64,000 nucleotides of DNA from Candidatus Hydrogenedentota bacterium (GCA_045863295.1 BTWA01000011.1:64001-128000), one strand, 5' to 3'; shown: positions 10,164-20,047, counted from the first letter of the stretch. A program made the numbers and translations. The notes: generated by a model from the sequence alone, not told the origin.

Positions 10164-10732
10164 ATCCCGTGACGCATGGCCTTGCGGGGTGGGTTACGGC
10201 GAACATGGCTCCGTTGGAACGCCGGGAACGGGCGATTATCACGCTTGCGGGGGTTGCGCCGGATTTTGACGGCTTGGGCATGGTAGTGGACTTTGCGACG
10301 CGGCATTCGGCGACGCCCACGGAGTGGTGGGGCACGTATCACCATGTGCTTGGGCACAATCTGCTTTTTGGCGCGGTGTTGAGCGCGGTTGGGTTTGGGA
10401 TTGGCCGCAAGCGCCTGTTGACGGCGGCGCTCACGTTTTTCAGTTTTCATTTGCATATTCTCGGCGATATCGCGGGCGGGCGCGGGCCGGACGGGGATCA
10501 GTGGCCGATTCACTACTTGTGGCCATTTTCGAATGATCCGGCTTTGAGTTGGTCTGGCCAGTGGGCGCTGAACGCGTGGCCAAACTTCGCGGTGACGATT
10601 GCGTTGTTGGGTGTGACGTTTTACGCTGCCTGGCGCCTTGGGCGTTCACCGCTTGAGTTTGTTTCCTTGCGGGCCGACGCGGGCTTGTGCGCCACGCTTC
10701 GTCGGCGGTTTGGGGCGCCGGCCGGGCGGTAG
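10160..10732 (+). CDS. Membrane-bound metal-dependent hydrolase (YdjM-like)
   Basis: NPVTH, APDFD, YHHVLGHN, HLHILGD motifs; TTG start overlaps the metF stop (TTGA). Confidence 0.8.
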   Translation: MNPVTHGLAGWVTANMAPLERRERAIITLAGVAPDFDGLGMVVDFATRHSATPTEWWGTYHHVLGHNLLFGAVLSAVGFGIGRKRLLTAALTFFSFHLHILGDIAGGRGPDGDQWPIHYLWPFSNDPALSWSGQWALNAWPNFAVTIALLGVTFYAAWRLGRSPLEFVSLRADAGLCATLRRRFGAPAGR

Positions 10733-10803
10733 TGACCGCGAGGCGCTCGAAATTGCCTTGGTTTGCGCGGTATGATACGTGTTCAGAAGGAGACTGCTCC
10801 CGC

Positions 10804-12075
10804 ATGAGCCTTGTTGTTCAGCATGGCCGCGTCATTGACCCCGCCAACGGAATTGATGCTCACCTTGATGTTTTAATTGACGAAGGGAAGATTGCGCAGG
10901 TTGGAGCCGGTTTACGCGGCGAACGCGCAATCGATGCCACGGGCAGTGTCGTGTGCCCTGGATTTGTGGATCTGCACGCCCATTTTCGCGAGCCGGGTTT
11001 TGAATCCAAAGAGACGATTGCGTCAGGCGCACTGGCGGCGGCGCACGGCGGATTCACCTCGGTGGTGACGATGCCGGATACGAAGCCTCCGATCGACAAT
11101 GCGGGGATGCTGGAGTTCATCCACCGGCGGGCGCGGGAAACGGCGTGCGTTCGCATATGCCCGGCGGCGGCGGCGACGAAGGCTCGGCAGGGTCAGGAAA
11201 TGACGGAGATGGCGGAGCTCCGGGACGTGGGCGCGGTGGCGGTGACGGACGCGGATCAGGACATTGATTCGTCGTGGGTGTTGCGGCGCGTGCTGGAGTA
11301 CGCGCGAATGGTGGGACTTCCGTTTCTGGCGCACTGCGACGATGTGTCGCTGCAGGACAGCGGCCACATGAACGAAGGGTACAACTCGACGCGGCTCGGC
11401 ATTCCGGGCATGCCGGCGGCGATGCAGGAGGTGCGCATCGATCGGGCAATACGGCTTGCGCGCCTGACGGGGGCTCACGTGCACATTCAGTGCGTGTCGA
11501 CGGCGGAGGGCGTGCGGCTGGTGCGCGAGGCGAAGGCGGAAGGCCTTCGGGTTACGGCGGAGACTTCGCCGCACTATTTCATGTTGACGGACGCCGCGGT
11601 AGAGATTTACGGTCCGAACGCGAAGGTGAATCCGCCGTTGCGCACCGATGACGACGTTCAAGCGGTGAAGGACGGTTTGCGCGAAGGAATCATCGACGCG
11701 ATAGCCACGGATCACTCTCCGCATACGTTTACGGAAAAGGACGTGGAGTTTCAGTTGGCTCCGTTTGGGCTGATGGGCCTGGAGACCGCGCTGCCTTCGA
11801 CGTTGTCGGCGCTGGTGGAGCCGGGGCTGCTGGCATTGAGCGATGCGATTGCCCTGTTGACGTGCAAGCCTGCCAGGGTGATCGGTTTGAACGCGGGTAC
11901 GCTGGCCGTGGGCGCGGCGGCGGATGTGACTGTTTTCAAGGCCGACGCCGAATACGCGCTTCAGCCTTCTCTCATCAAGAGCCGTTCCAAGAACTCGCCG
12001 TATACGGGCACGACACTTCGCGGCAAGGTGACGCATACGATTTGCGATGGGGCCGTGGTGTACGAGGCGAAGTAG
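10804..12075 (+). CDS. pyrC: Dihydroorotase, multifunctional-complex type, with atypical active-site substitutions
   Basis: DLHAHFREPG, ETSPHY, KVNPPLR, IATDHSPH, KSRSKNSPY; AGGAG RBS. Confidence 0.85.
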   Translation: MSLVVQHGRVIDPANGIDAHLDVLIDEGKIAQVGAGLRGERAIDATGSVVCPGFVDLHAHFREPGFESKETIASGALAAAHGGFTSVVTMPDTKPPIDNAGMLEFIHRRARETACVRICPAAAATKARQGQEMTEMAELRDVGAVAVTDADQDIDSSWVLRRVLEYARMVGLPFLAHCDDVSLQDSGHMNEGYNSTRLGIPGMPAAMQEVRIDRAIRLARLTGAHVHIQCVSTAEGVRLVREAKAEGLRVTAETSPHYFMLTDAAVEIYGPNAKVNPPLRTDDDVQAVKDGLREGIIDAIATDHSPHTFTEKDVEFQLAPFGLMGLETALPSTLSALVEPGLLALSDAIALLTCKPARVIGLNAGTLAVGAAADVTVFKADAEYALQPSLIKSRSKNSPYTGTTLRGKVTHTICDGAVVYEAK

Positions 12076-12094
12076 GCGCGTTGGCGGGTTTTCT

Positions 12095-14596
12095 TCAGAA
12101 CGATTCGTCTTCCATGACGCGTATGCCGAGTATGCGCGACAATTTGAAATCTCTTACGCCGCCTTGTTTGTGGCAATAGCCGCTGAGCGTGGGTTGGGGG
12201 CACAGCAAGTCGACGGCAACGGGGTTGACTTTGCGCAGACTTGGGTTGGGTTCCCACACGGACTTGTATTGAATCAGGACAGGGACGCGGCGGCGTATCG
12301 CGTCTTCGAGAATCTCACCGATAATGCGCGGCGAATAGGACGGCAAGCTGACGTACGCTTCGGCGTCGTCCGTTTCCACATCGTCGGCGGTTTCGGCGAC
12401 TGCCTGTTGATCCGCGGCGGCACGTTGGGTTTCGACCCAGGGAAAACACCACCGATCGGGCGCTCCGTCGTCGAAAGAATCTTCCACTTTGTCGACAGGA
12501 ATGCCTTGTGACTTCAGCAGTTTCTTAAACTGCGCGAGGCGGCCTTGCTTGACCACCACGGTGTACAGGCCGAGTCGACCTTCGACGAAGTTGCCTGCGG
12601 CGGGCAGTTCCATGACGGCGTCGCAGGTCTCCGGTTCTTCAAAGCGGACGAGCGTTGCGGTTCCGGTACGCGCGGCGGCGACTTCGCCCGCGCGCGCACG
12701 AAGGGCGACGCGGAACCGGGCTGCCAGCGGGCCGATGACAATGGCGTCGAGGTTCGCGGCGTGGAGCCCCCAATCGACGCCTTTGTTGGAGCCGTTCTTC
12801 GCGAGCGTGACGCCGATGTCGCCGTTTGACTGCGCCACGACGTGGCCCAATTCCGAGATGCGTCGCTGAACAAACAGGTGGCGTCGCTCCCACGGGGCGC
12901 GCAGATGCAAGCCGTCTTCCTGGAGCAGGCACGGTTTTAACGGTTTGCGGTAATTGATGCGATGGGTCACATCAGGCACGGCGACATCGACCAGGACGAA
13001 TCGTTCGCCAATGACGCGCGCTCCGGGGTGATTTTGCAGAAACGCCTCGGCGTCGTTTGGGGTGCGGCATTCGACCACGTTGCACAAGGTGCGAATGGTG
13101 ACGGATTGGACCTTCCGTTCCCACGTGGCCAATTGATCGAGGACGTTTGCCGGAAGTGCGCGGGCGCTGTGGCGCGTGAGCAAATCCACAAACGTGTGGG
13201 CGGCGACGCCGGAGCGCACGCCCCTGTAGATGCTTTCCTGCGTGATTTTGTAGGTGCTCGCGGGACCGCCTCGCAAGCGTTCGCAAAACAGGTCGAGTTT
13301 CCGGCGCAATTCGGCGGAGCAGCGGTCGACGTAGGCAATGACTTCGAAGTCCGGTTGCACGACGACGGCGTCGTGGGTGCCTGCGCCGTTTTCCTCAGGT
13401 TTGGGTCCAACACCGAGGGCATACCGTCCGAGCGGGGTAATGCGGAAGCACTTGCCTTGCGCGGCCAGTTCGACTATGCCGAGTCGGCTGAACAGACTTT
13501 GAATTATCCATGAGAACAACCGCTTTTCGCGGGTTTGCCACGAGCGATCCTTCCATACGGGCGACGCGTCGTGCACATTGCAGTGAATGGCGAGCCAGCG
13601 CTCTTCCAGAAAGAGGACATTGGGATCGACGCGGCGAATCAGCTCGACGAACTGGTCGATGGAGAACCAAACGCCGGGGGTCTGCTCCGCAAGGATATTG
13701 GCCATGAGCACCCGGTGATAGGTGCGGCGCAATGCTCCGGGGCGCATGTGCTGATCGATGGCGTCGTATAGCTGCGTATAGAACAGCCGGAGATCGGGCA
13801 GGTCGTCGGCCGTGAGGTAGGCGTGAAAGAGTTCGCGGATGCGTTCACTTTCGCCGCGCTCGGCCCAGGCGGCGGCTTTTTCGGTGGTGTCGAGGCGGCC
13901 GTCGCGGGCTGCGATACATCCCATCCGGCAGGCCATGAGCAGGGCCATATCAAATGCTTCCGACGACACGTTGCCTTCCTTGGCAATTTCGATGGCGCGG
14001 GATCGGTCGGACTTATGGAGTTCGCCGGAAGCGGTCACGCGCGGCTCCAGGGCTTCGACAACGCGAAACGTTTCCAGCACAGTTGCCGTCGCGAGATCCG
14101 CGGCGGGGGAATCGGGATCCAGGGGGCCTTCCACGGGATCGAGGCGAATGCCCAGAGGGGCCGCGGGCGGCAACAGGTTTCGGACAGTATCCGGGACGAC
14201 CAAGGGGATGGCGCCGTTTCCGTCGATTTTTTCGCGGGAGAGTTGACCGAACGAGAAGGCTCCGGAATGGCCTTCCGGGCTGACGAGGACGAGGCCCTGT
14301 TTTGCGACGGCTTCCAAGGCTGGCTGGGTGTGTCCGTTGCCGAGGAGCCCGGGCACGCTGAGCACGTCTTGCGCCATCACGGCGGGCCGGCTTGCCACGA
14401 GGTGCATGACGCGTACGTCCGCGGGTGACAAGCGTTTAATGGCGTTTTCGACGTGGAGCGGGTCGGACAGGACCTTTTCCATGGCGCGAATGCGGTTGGG
14501 CTTGCTGGAAACCGCAAGTTGCCAGTAGTCGCACATGGTTGCGAGGGCTTCGTTGGTGTAGCCCCGCAAACATTCTTTTACGCTGAAGCTATTCAC
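12095..14596 (-). CDS. XPB-associated Helicase_C_3 domain protein with C-terminal WYL domain
   Basis: RITPLGR..VVQPDFEVIA..YKITQESIYRGVRSG..LPANVLDQLATW; WYL-like AIRRRVPVLIQY..RKVNP..GYCH..RDFKLSRI. Confidence 0.85.
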   Translation of the reverse strand: MNSFSVKECLRGYTNEALATMCDYWQLAVSSKPNRIRAMEKVLSDPLHVENAIKRLSPADVRVMHLVASRPAVMAQDVLSVPGLLGNGHTQPALEAVAKQGLVLVSPEGHSGAFSFGQLSREKIDGNGAIPLVVPDTVRNLLPPAAPLGIRLDPVEGPLDPDSPAADLATATVLETFRVVEALEPRVTASGELHKSDRSRAIEIAKEGNVSSEAFDMALLMACRMGCIAARDGRLDTTEKAAAWAERGESERIRELFHAYLTADDLPDLRLFYTQLYDAIDQHMRPGALRRTYHRVLMANILAEQTPGVWFSIDQFVELIRRVDPNVLFLEERWLAIHCNVHDASPVWKDRSWQTREKRLFSWIIQSLFSRLGIVELAAQGKCFRITPLGRYALGVGPKPEENGAGTHDAVVVQPDFEVIAYVDRCSAELRRKLDLFCERLRGGPASTYKITQESIYRGVRSGVAAHTFVDLLTRHSARALPANVLDQLATWERKVQSVTIRTLCNVVECRTPNDAEAFLQNHPGARVIGERFVLVDVAVPDVTHRINYRKPLKPCLLQEDGLHLRAPWERRHLFVQRRISELGHVVAQSNGDIGVTLAKNGSNKGVDWGLHAANLDAIVIGPLAARFRVALRARAGEVAAARTGTATLVRFEEPETCDAVMELPAAGNFVEGRLGLYTVVVKQGRLAQFKKLLKSQGIPVDKVEDSFDDGAPDRWCFPWVETQRAAADQQAVAETADDVETDDAEAYVSLPSYSPRIIGEILEDAIRRRVPVLIQYKSVWEPNPSLRKVNPVAVDLLCPQPTLSGYCHKQGGVRDFKLSRILGIRVMEDESF

Positions 14597-14642
14597 TGCC
14601 GGCCAAATTCTGTTCTCGCAGCCCAGTTGTCCGCCGGGGGCA

Positions 14643-14870
14643 TCAGGGGGATGTATCCATCACCCTCGGCATATGCCCCAAAGCCTTTAACCGGCGCACA
14701 ACTTCAGCCACGGCTTGCGGTTGCACTGCGATGCACCGGTCCGATAGGCGGTCGCCGAGCCAATTCTGAAGGGCTTTGTCGCTCTCGATCTCGGTGAGAA
14801 TGAGAGGATCGTGCACTTCGATCAGGGCCAACCCGGTATGTAGCTTTGTTTGCTGCATTTCCACGTTCAT
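14643..14870 (-). CDS. Small protein resembling the subdomain that follows Helicase_C_3
   Basis: LIEVHDPLILTEI..LGDRLSDRCIAV..VVRRLKALGHMP; same strand and just upstream of the WYL gene. Confidence 0.7.
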   Translation of the reverse strand: MNVEMQQTKLHTGLALIEVHDPLILTEIESDKALQNWLGDRLSDRCIAVQPQAVAEVVRRLKALGHMPRVMDTSP

Positions 14871-14901
14871 TTCAGACAGCCAGACAACCGCCTACTATAG
14901 C

Positions 14902-14942
14902 AAAAGAAGACCCCCGGGGAAAAATTTCGATCTCCCCGGGGG
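14902..14942 (-). terminator. Intrinsic terminator after the EF-G paralog
   Basis: CCCCCGGGGA/TCCCCGGGGG stem followed on the minus strand by TCTTCTTTT. Confidence 0.8.
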
Positions 14943-14971
14943 CGGTGAAACTTGAAGCGGAGCGGGCCTGC

Positions 14972-17008
14972 CTAATGTTCGGCGGAGCGGTCGGCTTCGT
15001 ACTTGGCGATGATGGGCTGGGCGATGTTTTCCGGTACCTCGTCGTAGTGGTCGAATTTCAGGGTATAAGTTCCGCGGCCGCCGGTGATGCTTCGGAGGTC
15101 TGCGGAGTATCGCAGCACCTCAGCCTCGGGCACGTAGGCGCGAATGAGCTGTTTGCCGGGTCCGGCGGAGTCCATGCCGAGGATTCGGCCCCTGCGGCTG
15201 TTCAGGTCGCCTGTGATATCGCCCATGTATTCCTCGGGCACGGTGATTTCGATGATGAGTACGGGTTCGAGCAGGCAGGGCCGGGCGTCTTTGAAGGCTT
15301 TTTGCAGGCCCATGGATGCCGCGACCTTGAAGGCCATTTCGGAACTGTCGACGTCGTGGTAGGAGCCGTAGTATAGCTCGACGACGATATCCACCACGGG
15401 GTAGCCGGCGATAATGCCCTTTGCGAGGCATTCCTGCACGCCCTTGTCGACCGCGGGGATGAATTGGCGCGGCACGACACCGCCGACGATGCTGTCGACG
15501 AATTTGTATCCGGCGCCACGCTCGTTGGGGGAGACGCGCAAGTGGCAATCGCCGAACTGGCCGTGTCCTCCGGTTTGTTTCTTATAGCGGCCTTGCGCTT
15601 CAGATTTTCCGCGGATGGTTTCCTTGAGGGCGACCTTGGGCGGATGGGTGTCGGCTTCCACGTGAAACTTTCGCCGCATGCGTTCGACGAGGATTTCGAG
15701 TTGCAGATCGCCGAGGCCTTTGATGATGTGTTCATTTGTATCGGGATCGCGATAATGGCTGAAGGTGGGATCGTCCTCGGCCAGTTTGTGCAGGACTTCG
15801 CCGATTTTGTCTTCGTCGGCGCGCGATTTGGGAACGATGGCAAGTTTCACGAGGGATTCCGGGAGTTCGATGGGCGGCATTTGCACGTCGACGCCCGGCG
15901 CGGCGATGGTATTTCCGAAGTGGGTGTTTTTGAGTTTGGTCATGGCGGCGATGTCGCCGGGGCCCACTTCGTCCACGGGGACTTGTTCTTTACCGCAGAG
16001 CAGAAAGACTTTTCCGGTCCGCTCTTTTGTCCGGGTGGTCACGTTGTAGAATTCCGATTCGGACCGGAGGGTGCCAGTGACCACCCTGAATATGGTGAGT
16101 TGGCCGACAAAGGGGTCGGTGACAGAGCGAAAGACCTGACCGACAAAGGGGGCGTCGGGTGTCACTTCGAGTTCGACTTCACTGCCGTTATCTTTGAGGG
16201 CGATGACTTTGTGTTCCATCGGGGTTGGAAAGGAGACGGCGATGAGGTGGAGCATTTCGGGAATGCCGTAGTCCTTGTCGACGCATCCCGCGATGATAGG
16301 CACGATTTTTCCGGACTGGATACCGACGTGCAATCCTTCGTCGAAGTCTTCTTCCGAGAGTTCGCCGGTTTCGAGGTACCGTTCGAGGAGTTTGTCGTCG
16401 GATTCGGCGACGGCATCGGCCATTTCGGTTTTGAGTTCATTGATGCGATCGGCGACATCGGGGTGGTCGCCGGTAAGGATATTGACGACGCCCTTCAGGC
16501 CTTCGCCTTTTCCGATGGGGACGACCAGGGGCACGCAGGTTTTGCCGTAGGCGGCGCGCAGTTTTTCCACGACGGCATAGAAGTCCGCGCCGTCGCGGTC
16601 AAGTTTGTTGACGAAGAATGCGTGCGGGATGTCGTACTTGGCGGCGTATTTGACGGCGTTGTCAGTGCCGATCTGGATGCCGGTGACGGCGTCGACGACG
16701 ATGATGGCGCTGTCGAGCATGGGCATGGACGAGGCGGTTTCCCCGAGGAAGTCGGCGTATCCGGGATGATCGACGATGTGAATTCGATGGCCTTCCCAAT
16801 CCACGTGGGACACTTTAAGGCACAGGGTTTGTTGGCGCTCCTTTTCTTCGTCCAGGTAATCGCAGACGGTGTTGCGTTCCTGTATGGTTCCGAGGCGATT
16901 GGTTTTGCCGGCGTCGTGGAGAATATGCTCGATGAGCATGGTTTTCCCCGCTCCGCCGTGACCGAAGATGCCCACGTTGCGCACCTTCACCGAACTCATA
17001 ATGGCCAT
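14972..17008 (-). CDS. fusA: Elongation factor G paralog (EF-G2-like)
   Basis: GHGGAGKT, DHPGYADF, NKLD, KKQTGGHGQFG, GSYHDVDSSEMAF; AGGAGG before ATG 17008; not within the str operon. Confidence 0.9.
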   Translation of the reverse strand: MAIMSSVKVRNVGIFGHGGAGKTMLIEHILHDAGKTNRLGTIQERNTVCDYLDEEKERQQTLCLKVSHVDWEGHRIHIVDHPGYADFLGETASSMPMLDSAIIVVDAVTGIQIGTDNAVKYAAKYDIPHAFFVNKLDRDGADFYAVVEKLRAAYGKTCVPLVVPIGKGEGLKGVVNILTGDHPDVADRINELKTEMADAVAESDDKLLERYLETGELSEEDFDEGLHVGIQSGKIVPIIAGCVDKDYGIPEMLHLIAVSFPTPMEHKVIALKDNGSEVELEVTPDAPFVGQVFRSVTDPFVGQLTIFRVVTGTLRSESEFYNVTTRTKERTGKVFLLCGKEQVPVDEVGPGDIAAMTKLKNTHFGNTIAAPGVDVQMPPIELPESLVKLAIVPKSRADEDKIGEVLHKLAEDDPTFSHYRDPDTNEHIIKGLGDLQLEILVERMRRKFHVEADTHPPKVALKETIRGKSEAQGRYKKQTGGHGQFGDCHLRVSPNERGAGYKFVDSIVGGVVPRQFIPAVDKGVQECLAKGIIAGYPVVDIVVELYYGSYHDVDSSEMAFKVAASMGLQKAFKDARPCLLEPVLIIEITVPEEYMGDITGDLNSRRGRILGMDSAGPGKQLIRAYVPEAEVLRYSADLRSITGGRGTYTLKFDHYDEVPENIAQPIIAKYEADRSAEH

Positions 17009-17241
17009 CTGGGTTCCCTCCTGAATCCTTTGGATTCCATTCCCCAAAATACCAATTACAGCCCGCAGCAGCTTCGATGGATCGAGCCCGTGATCCCAAT
17101 TGGATTGGAGTATACAATCCAAACATGCATCTAACAAGTTAACAACGGAGCCGGGCCAGAGGGGCAGCCGGGTCCCGGCTCGTTGTAGGCGGTGGACGCG
17201 GGTGGTACGATTCGGTTGCCGGGCAAGGAGAGCGGCGTTCG

Positions 17242-18399
17242 ATGAAACTTTTGTGTCTGTGCAGTGCGCTGGATATCGGCAAGCACTATGGGTGTACGCC
17301 GGCTTGGTGGCAATTTCTGAAGGGCATGTACGAACTGGGGCATGATGTAATAGCGATTCCGTATGCGGGAGCGGCATTCGAGTCGCCGTATTGGCGCGGG
17401 TATGCGAATCCGTGCGCCGTGGAGGGCCAGGCCTTCGCGACGGTGAAGAAGTGGTTTGGCGGGGGGGCGACTTCGGTGGAGGAAGGGGCCGGCGCGAAGG
17501 TCACCAAGGCCATGATCGAGGGTTGGGTCAAGCCGCGCTGGGAGAATCATCTGACGACGATTTTGGCGCGGGAAAAGAACGTCGATGCGGTGATCGTGTT
17601 CAACGTGCCGGCGAATCACTTTACGGGAATTCCGGGGCGGTTGCGTGCACGCTATGGCGTGCCTTTTTTTTATTATGACGGCGATGTGCCTGCGAGCCTG
17701 CCTCGATTCGGCGGGTTTTCGACGGGATTCAAGATCTATGAAGGGACAAATCTGGCCGAATACGACGGGTTTATGTGCAATTCCGAGGGCGGCGCGGAGG
17801 AATTGGCGGAGATGGGGGCGGTGCGGGTCAAGGCGGTGCATTGGGGCGTCGATCCTGAGTTGTACGCACGATTGCCTGTCGAGGAGGAGCGGGACGTTTT
17901 CTTTTACGGCATCGGCATGCAGTTTCGCGAAGACTGGATCCACGCCATGCTGACTCAGGCCAGCGAATCACTTGCGGACAAGTCGTTCTGCCTGGGCGGG
18001 ACGGGTTTTCCGGAAACCCTGGGCAAGGTCGTGCAAATTGGGAACGTGCCTTTCAATCAATTTCGATACGAATCCTGTCGCAGCCGCTTGAACCTGAATA
18101 TTGTGCGCGGGGCGCATGCTTCTGTCCTCGCCTCTTCCACGTCGCGGCCTTTCGAATTGTCGGCGATGTCGTGTTGCGTGATTACGAGTCCGTACGAGGG
18201 GGTTGAACGCTGGTTCGACATTGGCAACGAAATGATCATGGTCAACACACCTGACGAGGTGGTGGACGTGTATAGGTGCTTGCTGAACGACAACGCCGAA
18301 CGCCGCCGCATCGCCGAGGCCGCGCGGAAGCGTGTGATTGCGCAGCACACCCACCGTCACCGGGCTGAAGAAATCACGGCGTTTGTAATGGGCTTCTGA
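17242..18399 (+). CDS. Glycosyltransferase, CgeB/Glyco_trans_1_2-like GT-B
   Basis: SRLNLNI..SRPFELSAM..IAEAARKRVIAQHTHRHRA C-terminal pattern; AAGGAG RBS. Confidence 0.8.
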   Translation: MKLLCLCSALDIGKHYGCTPAWWQFLKGMYELGHDVIAIPYAGAAFESPYWRGYANPCAVEGQAFATVKKWFGGGATSVEEGAGAKVTKAMIEGWVKPRWENHLTTILAREKNVDAVIVFNVPANHFTGIPGRLRARYGVPFFYYDGDVPASLPRFGGFSTGFKIYEGTNLAEYDGFMCNSEGGAEELAEMGAVRVKAVHWGVDPELYARLPVEEERDVFFYGIGMQFREDWIHAMLTQASESLADKSFCLGGTGFPETLGKVVQIGNVPFNQFRYESCRSRLNLNIVRGAHASVLASSTSRPFELSAMSCCVITSPYEGVERWFDIGNEMIMVNTPDEVVDVYRCLLNDNAERRRIAEAARKRVIAQHTHRHRAEEITAFVMGF

Positions 18400-18471
18400 A
18401 CTCTGTGTTGGCCGGTGTCCTTACCGCGTCCAAAAGTCTCCTCTCCGCCCCACACCACCCGGCGTCTCCTC

Positions 18472-18518
18472 TTGACAAGGGGATTGGCCCGCGCTAATAT
18501 TCATCCTAAAGGGTGAAT
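18472..18518 (+). promoter_or_regulatory. Sigma70 promoter with overlapping ArsR-type operator
   Basis: TTGACA-17-TAATAT, then the imperfect palindrome ATTCATCC-TAAA-GGGTGAAT running into the start codon. Confidence 0.75.
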
Positions 18519-18879
18519 GTCTGTGGTTGTACAACTGGATGACACACTGAAGGCGTTGGCGGATCCGACGCGGCGGGCCATTTTGCAGCGGCTTTCGCAA
18601 GGCGAGGCGCGCGTGACGGAGGTTGCGCGGCCGTTTCCCATTTCGCTGAACTCGGTTTCCAAACACATCCGCATCCTGGAACGGGCGCATCTCGTGCGGC
18701 GGCGGCGCGAAGGCCGCGATCATTTCTTGTCGCTCGATCCGGCGCCGCTGGACGAGGCCGCACAGTGGATTGCCGCGCAACGGGCGTTGTGGACGCGGCG
18801 GCTGGATGCCTTGGAAGCGTTGCTGAACGCCGAAGACCGCGAGGCAGAGTTGCGAAAGGGAGCACGGCGTGGACGTTAG
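18517..18879 (+). CDS. ArsR/SmtB family transcriptional regulator
   Basis: ALADPTRRAIL, SKHIRILERAHLV winged HTH. Confidence 0.92.
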   Translation: MSVVVQLDDTLKALADPTRRAILQRLSQGEARVTEVARPFPISLNSVSKHIRILERAHLVRRRREGRDHFLSLDPAPLDEAAQWIAAQRALWTRRLDALEALLNAEDREAELRKGARRGR

Positions 18880-18957
18880 GGGTGTATCCGATGGCATAGC
18901 GCACCTGTTCTTGTGTGAGGCGTAAAACTGTTTCTTACAATCCGGAGTGAATCTCTC

Positions 18958-19392
18958 ATGAGCCTTGAGCCCATCACGATTATTGTGCGGCGTCGCTTCA
19001 CGCAGTCCGCCGAACGCGTGTTCGATGCGTGGCTCGATCCCGCGAAGGCAAGGCAGTTTCTATTTGCGACGGAAACCGGAGTTATGGTGTGCGCGGAGAT
19101 TGATGCGCGTGTGGGCGGGTCTTTCACCTTTACGGATCGGCGCAACGGTAACGACGTGGCACATTTCGGCCACTACTTTGAAATTGATCGGCCACGGCGG
19201 CTGGTGTTTTCCGTGTGCGTGCCGGAATACTCCCATGAATACGATCGCGTGACCATTGAGATAGAAGCGCTCGACTCCGGATGCGAACTCACCCTCACCC
19301 ACGAGATGCGTCCAGAATGGAAAGATATGATCGAAGGCGTCACCGCGGGCTGGACGGGGATCCTGGAAGGGTTGGCGAAGGCGATTGCGTAG
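18958..19392 (+). CDS. SRPBCC/AHSA1 domain protein
   Basis: ERVFDAWLDP, DARVGG, RPRRLVF, GWTGIL; classic ArsR partner. Confidence 0.9.
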   Translation: MSLEPITIIVRRRFTQSAERVFDAWLDPAKARQFLFATETGVMVCAEIDARVGGSFTFTDRRNGNDVAHFGHYFEIDRPRRLVFSVCVPEYSHEYDRVTIEIEALDSGCELTLTHEMRPEWKDMIEGVTAGWTGILEGLAKAIA

Positions 19393-19428
19393 TTGTCCCT
19401 GTGCCACCTTATAGTTCGCGACAGCGGA

Positions 19429-20025
19429 TTAGGAGGTGCGGCCAAGGCCCGGCCACGCCTGCATAGCCATGGCCGCGATGCGTTGCAGGTCCCTCCGGCT
19501 TGTGCCGCTGGTGGCTTGGACAGCGATGCCGTGGATAACGGTTTGGACGAATTTGGCGAGATCGGCCGCGGGGGTATCCGGCGGCAATTCGCCTTCCTTT
19601 TTGGCCTTGTCATAACGGCGGCGTAGCATGGTTTCCAATTCCTTGCGCTGGGTCTCTACTGCCGCGCGCAGTTCCGGCGAGGCGTCTTCGCAAGTCATTA
19701 GTCCCCTTACCACGAGGCATCCCTGCGGATTTCCGCGCGCGGAAATGGCCTCCGTGATTTCGCGCAATAGCCGTTCGGTGGCGGCACGGGCCGTGGGTTC
19801 TTCCATAGCCTCTTTCGCGAAGCCGCTGGGACCTTTGGCGTACCGATCCAGGGCCTTCATGAACAAGGCTTCCTTGTTCCCGAAGGCGGCGTAGAGGCTG
19901 GGACGGTTGATGCCCATGGCTTTTTGGAGATCGGCCAAGGTGGTGGCTTCAAAGCCTTTGCTCCAGAAGACGAGCAGGGCCTGATCGAGGGCCTTGTCGA
20001 TGTCGAATCCCCTTGGGCGGCCCAT
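19429..20025 (-). CDS. TetR/AcrR family regulator (ComR/NemR-like)
   Basis: MGRPRGFD, FWSKGFEATT, GINRPSLYAAFGNKEALF, GCL. Confidence 0.93.
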   Translation of the reverse strand: MGRPRGFDIDKALDQALLVFWSKGFEATTLADLQKAMGINRPSLYAAFGNKEALFMKALDRYAKGPSGFAKEAMEEPTARAATERLLREITEAISARGNPQGCLVVRGLMTCEDASPELRAAVETQRKELETMLRRRYDKAKKEGELPPDTPAADLAKFVQTVIHGIAVQATSGTSRRDLQRIAAMAMQAWPGLGRTS

Positions 20026-20047
20026 GGGAATAGAATCCTCCTCAGTT

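Noticed and set aside
9150..12075. Strong G/T richness of the plus strand
   Set aside because: It also appears elsewhere in the window and fits replication strand skew plus codon usage rather than a discrete element
15464..17134. 556-aa plus-strand ORF, and similar long antisense ORFs (23310-24731, 36763-38226, 6720-7859, 11023-12036)
   Set aside because: Shadow frames opposite well-supported genes, expected from high-GC codon bias; no motifs
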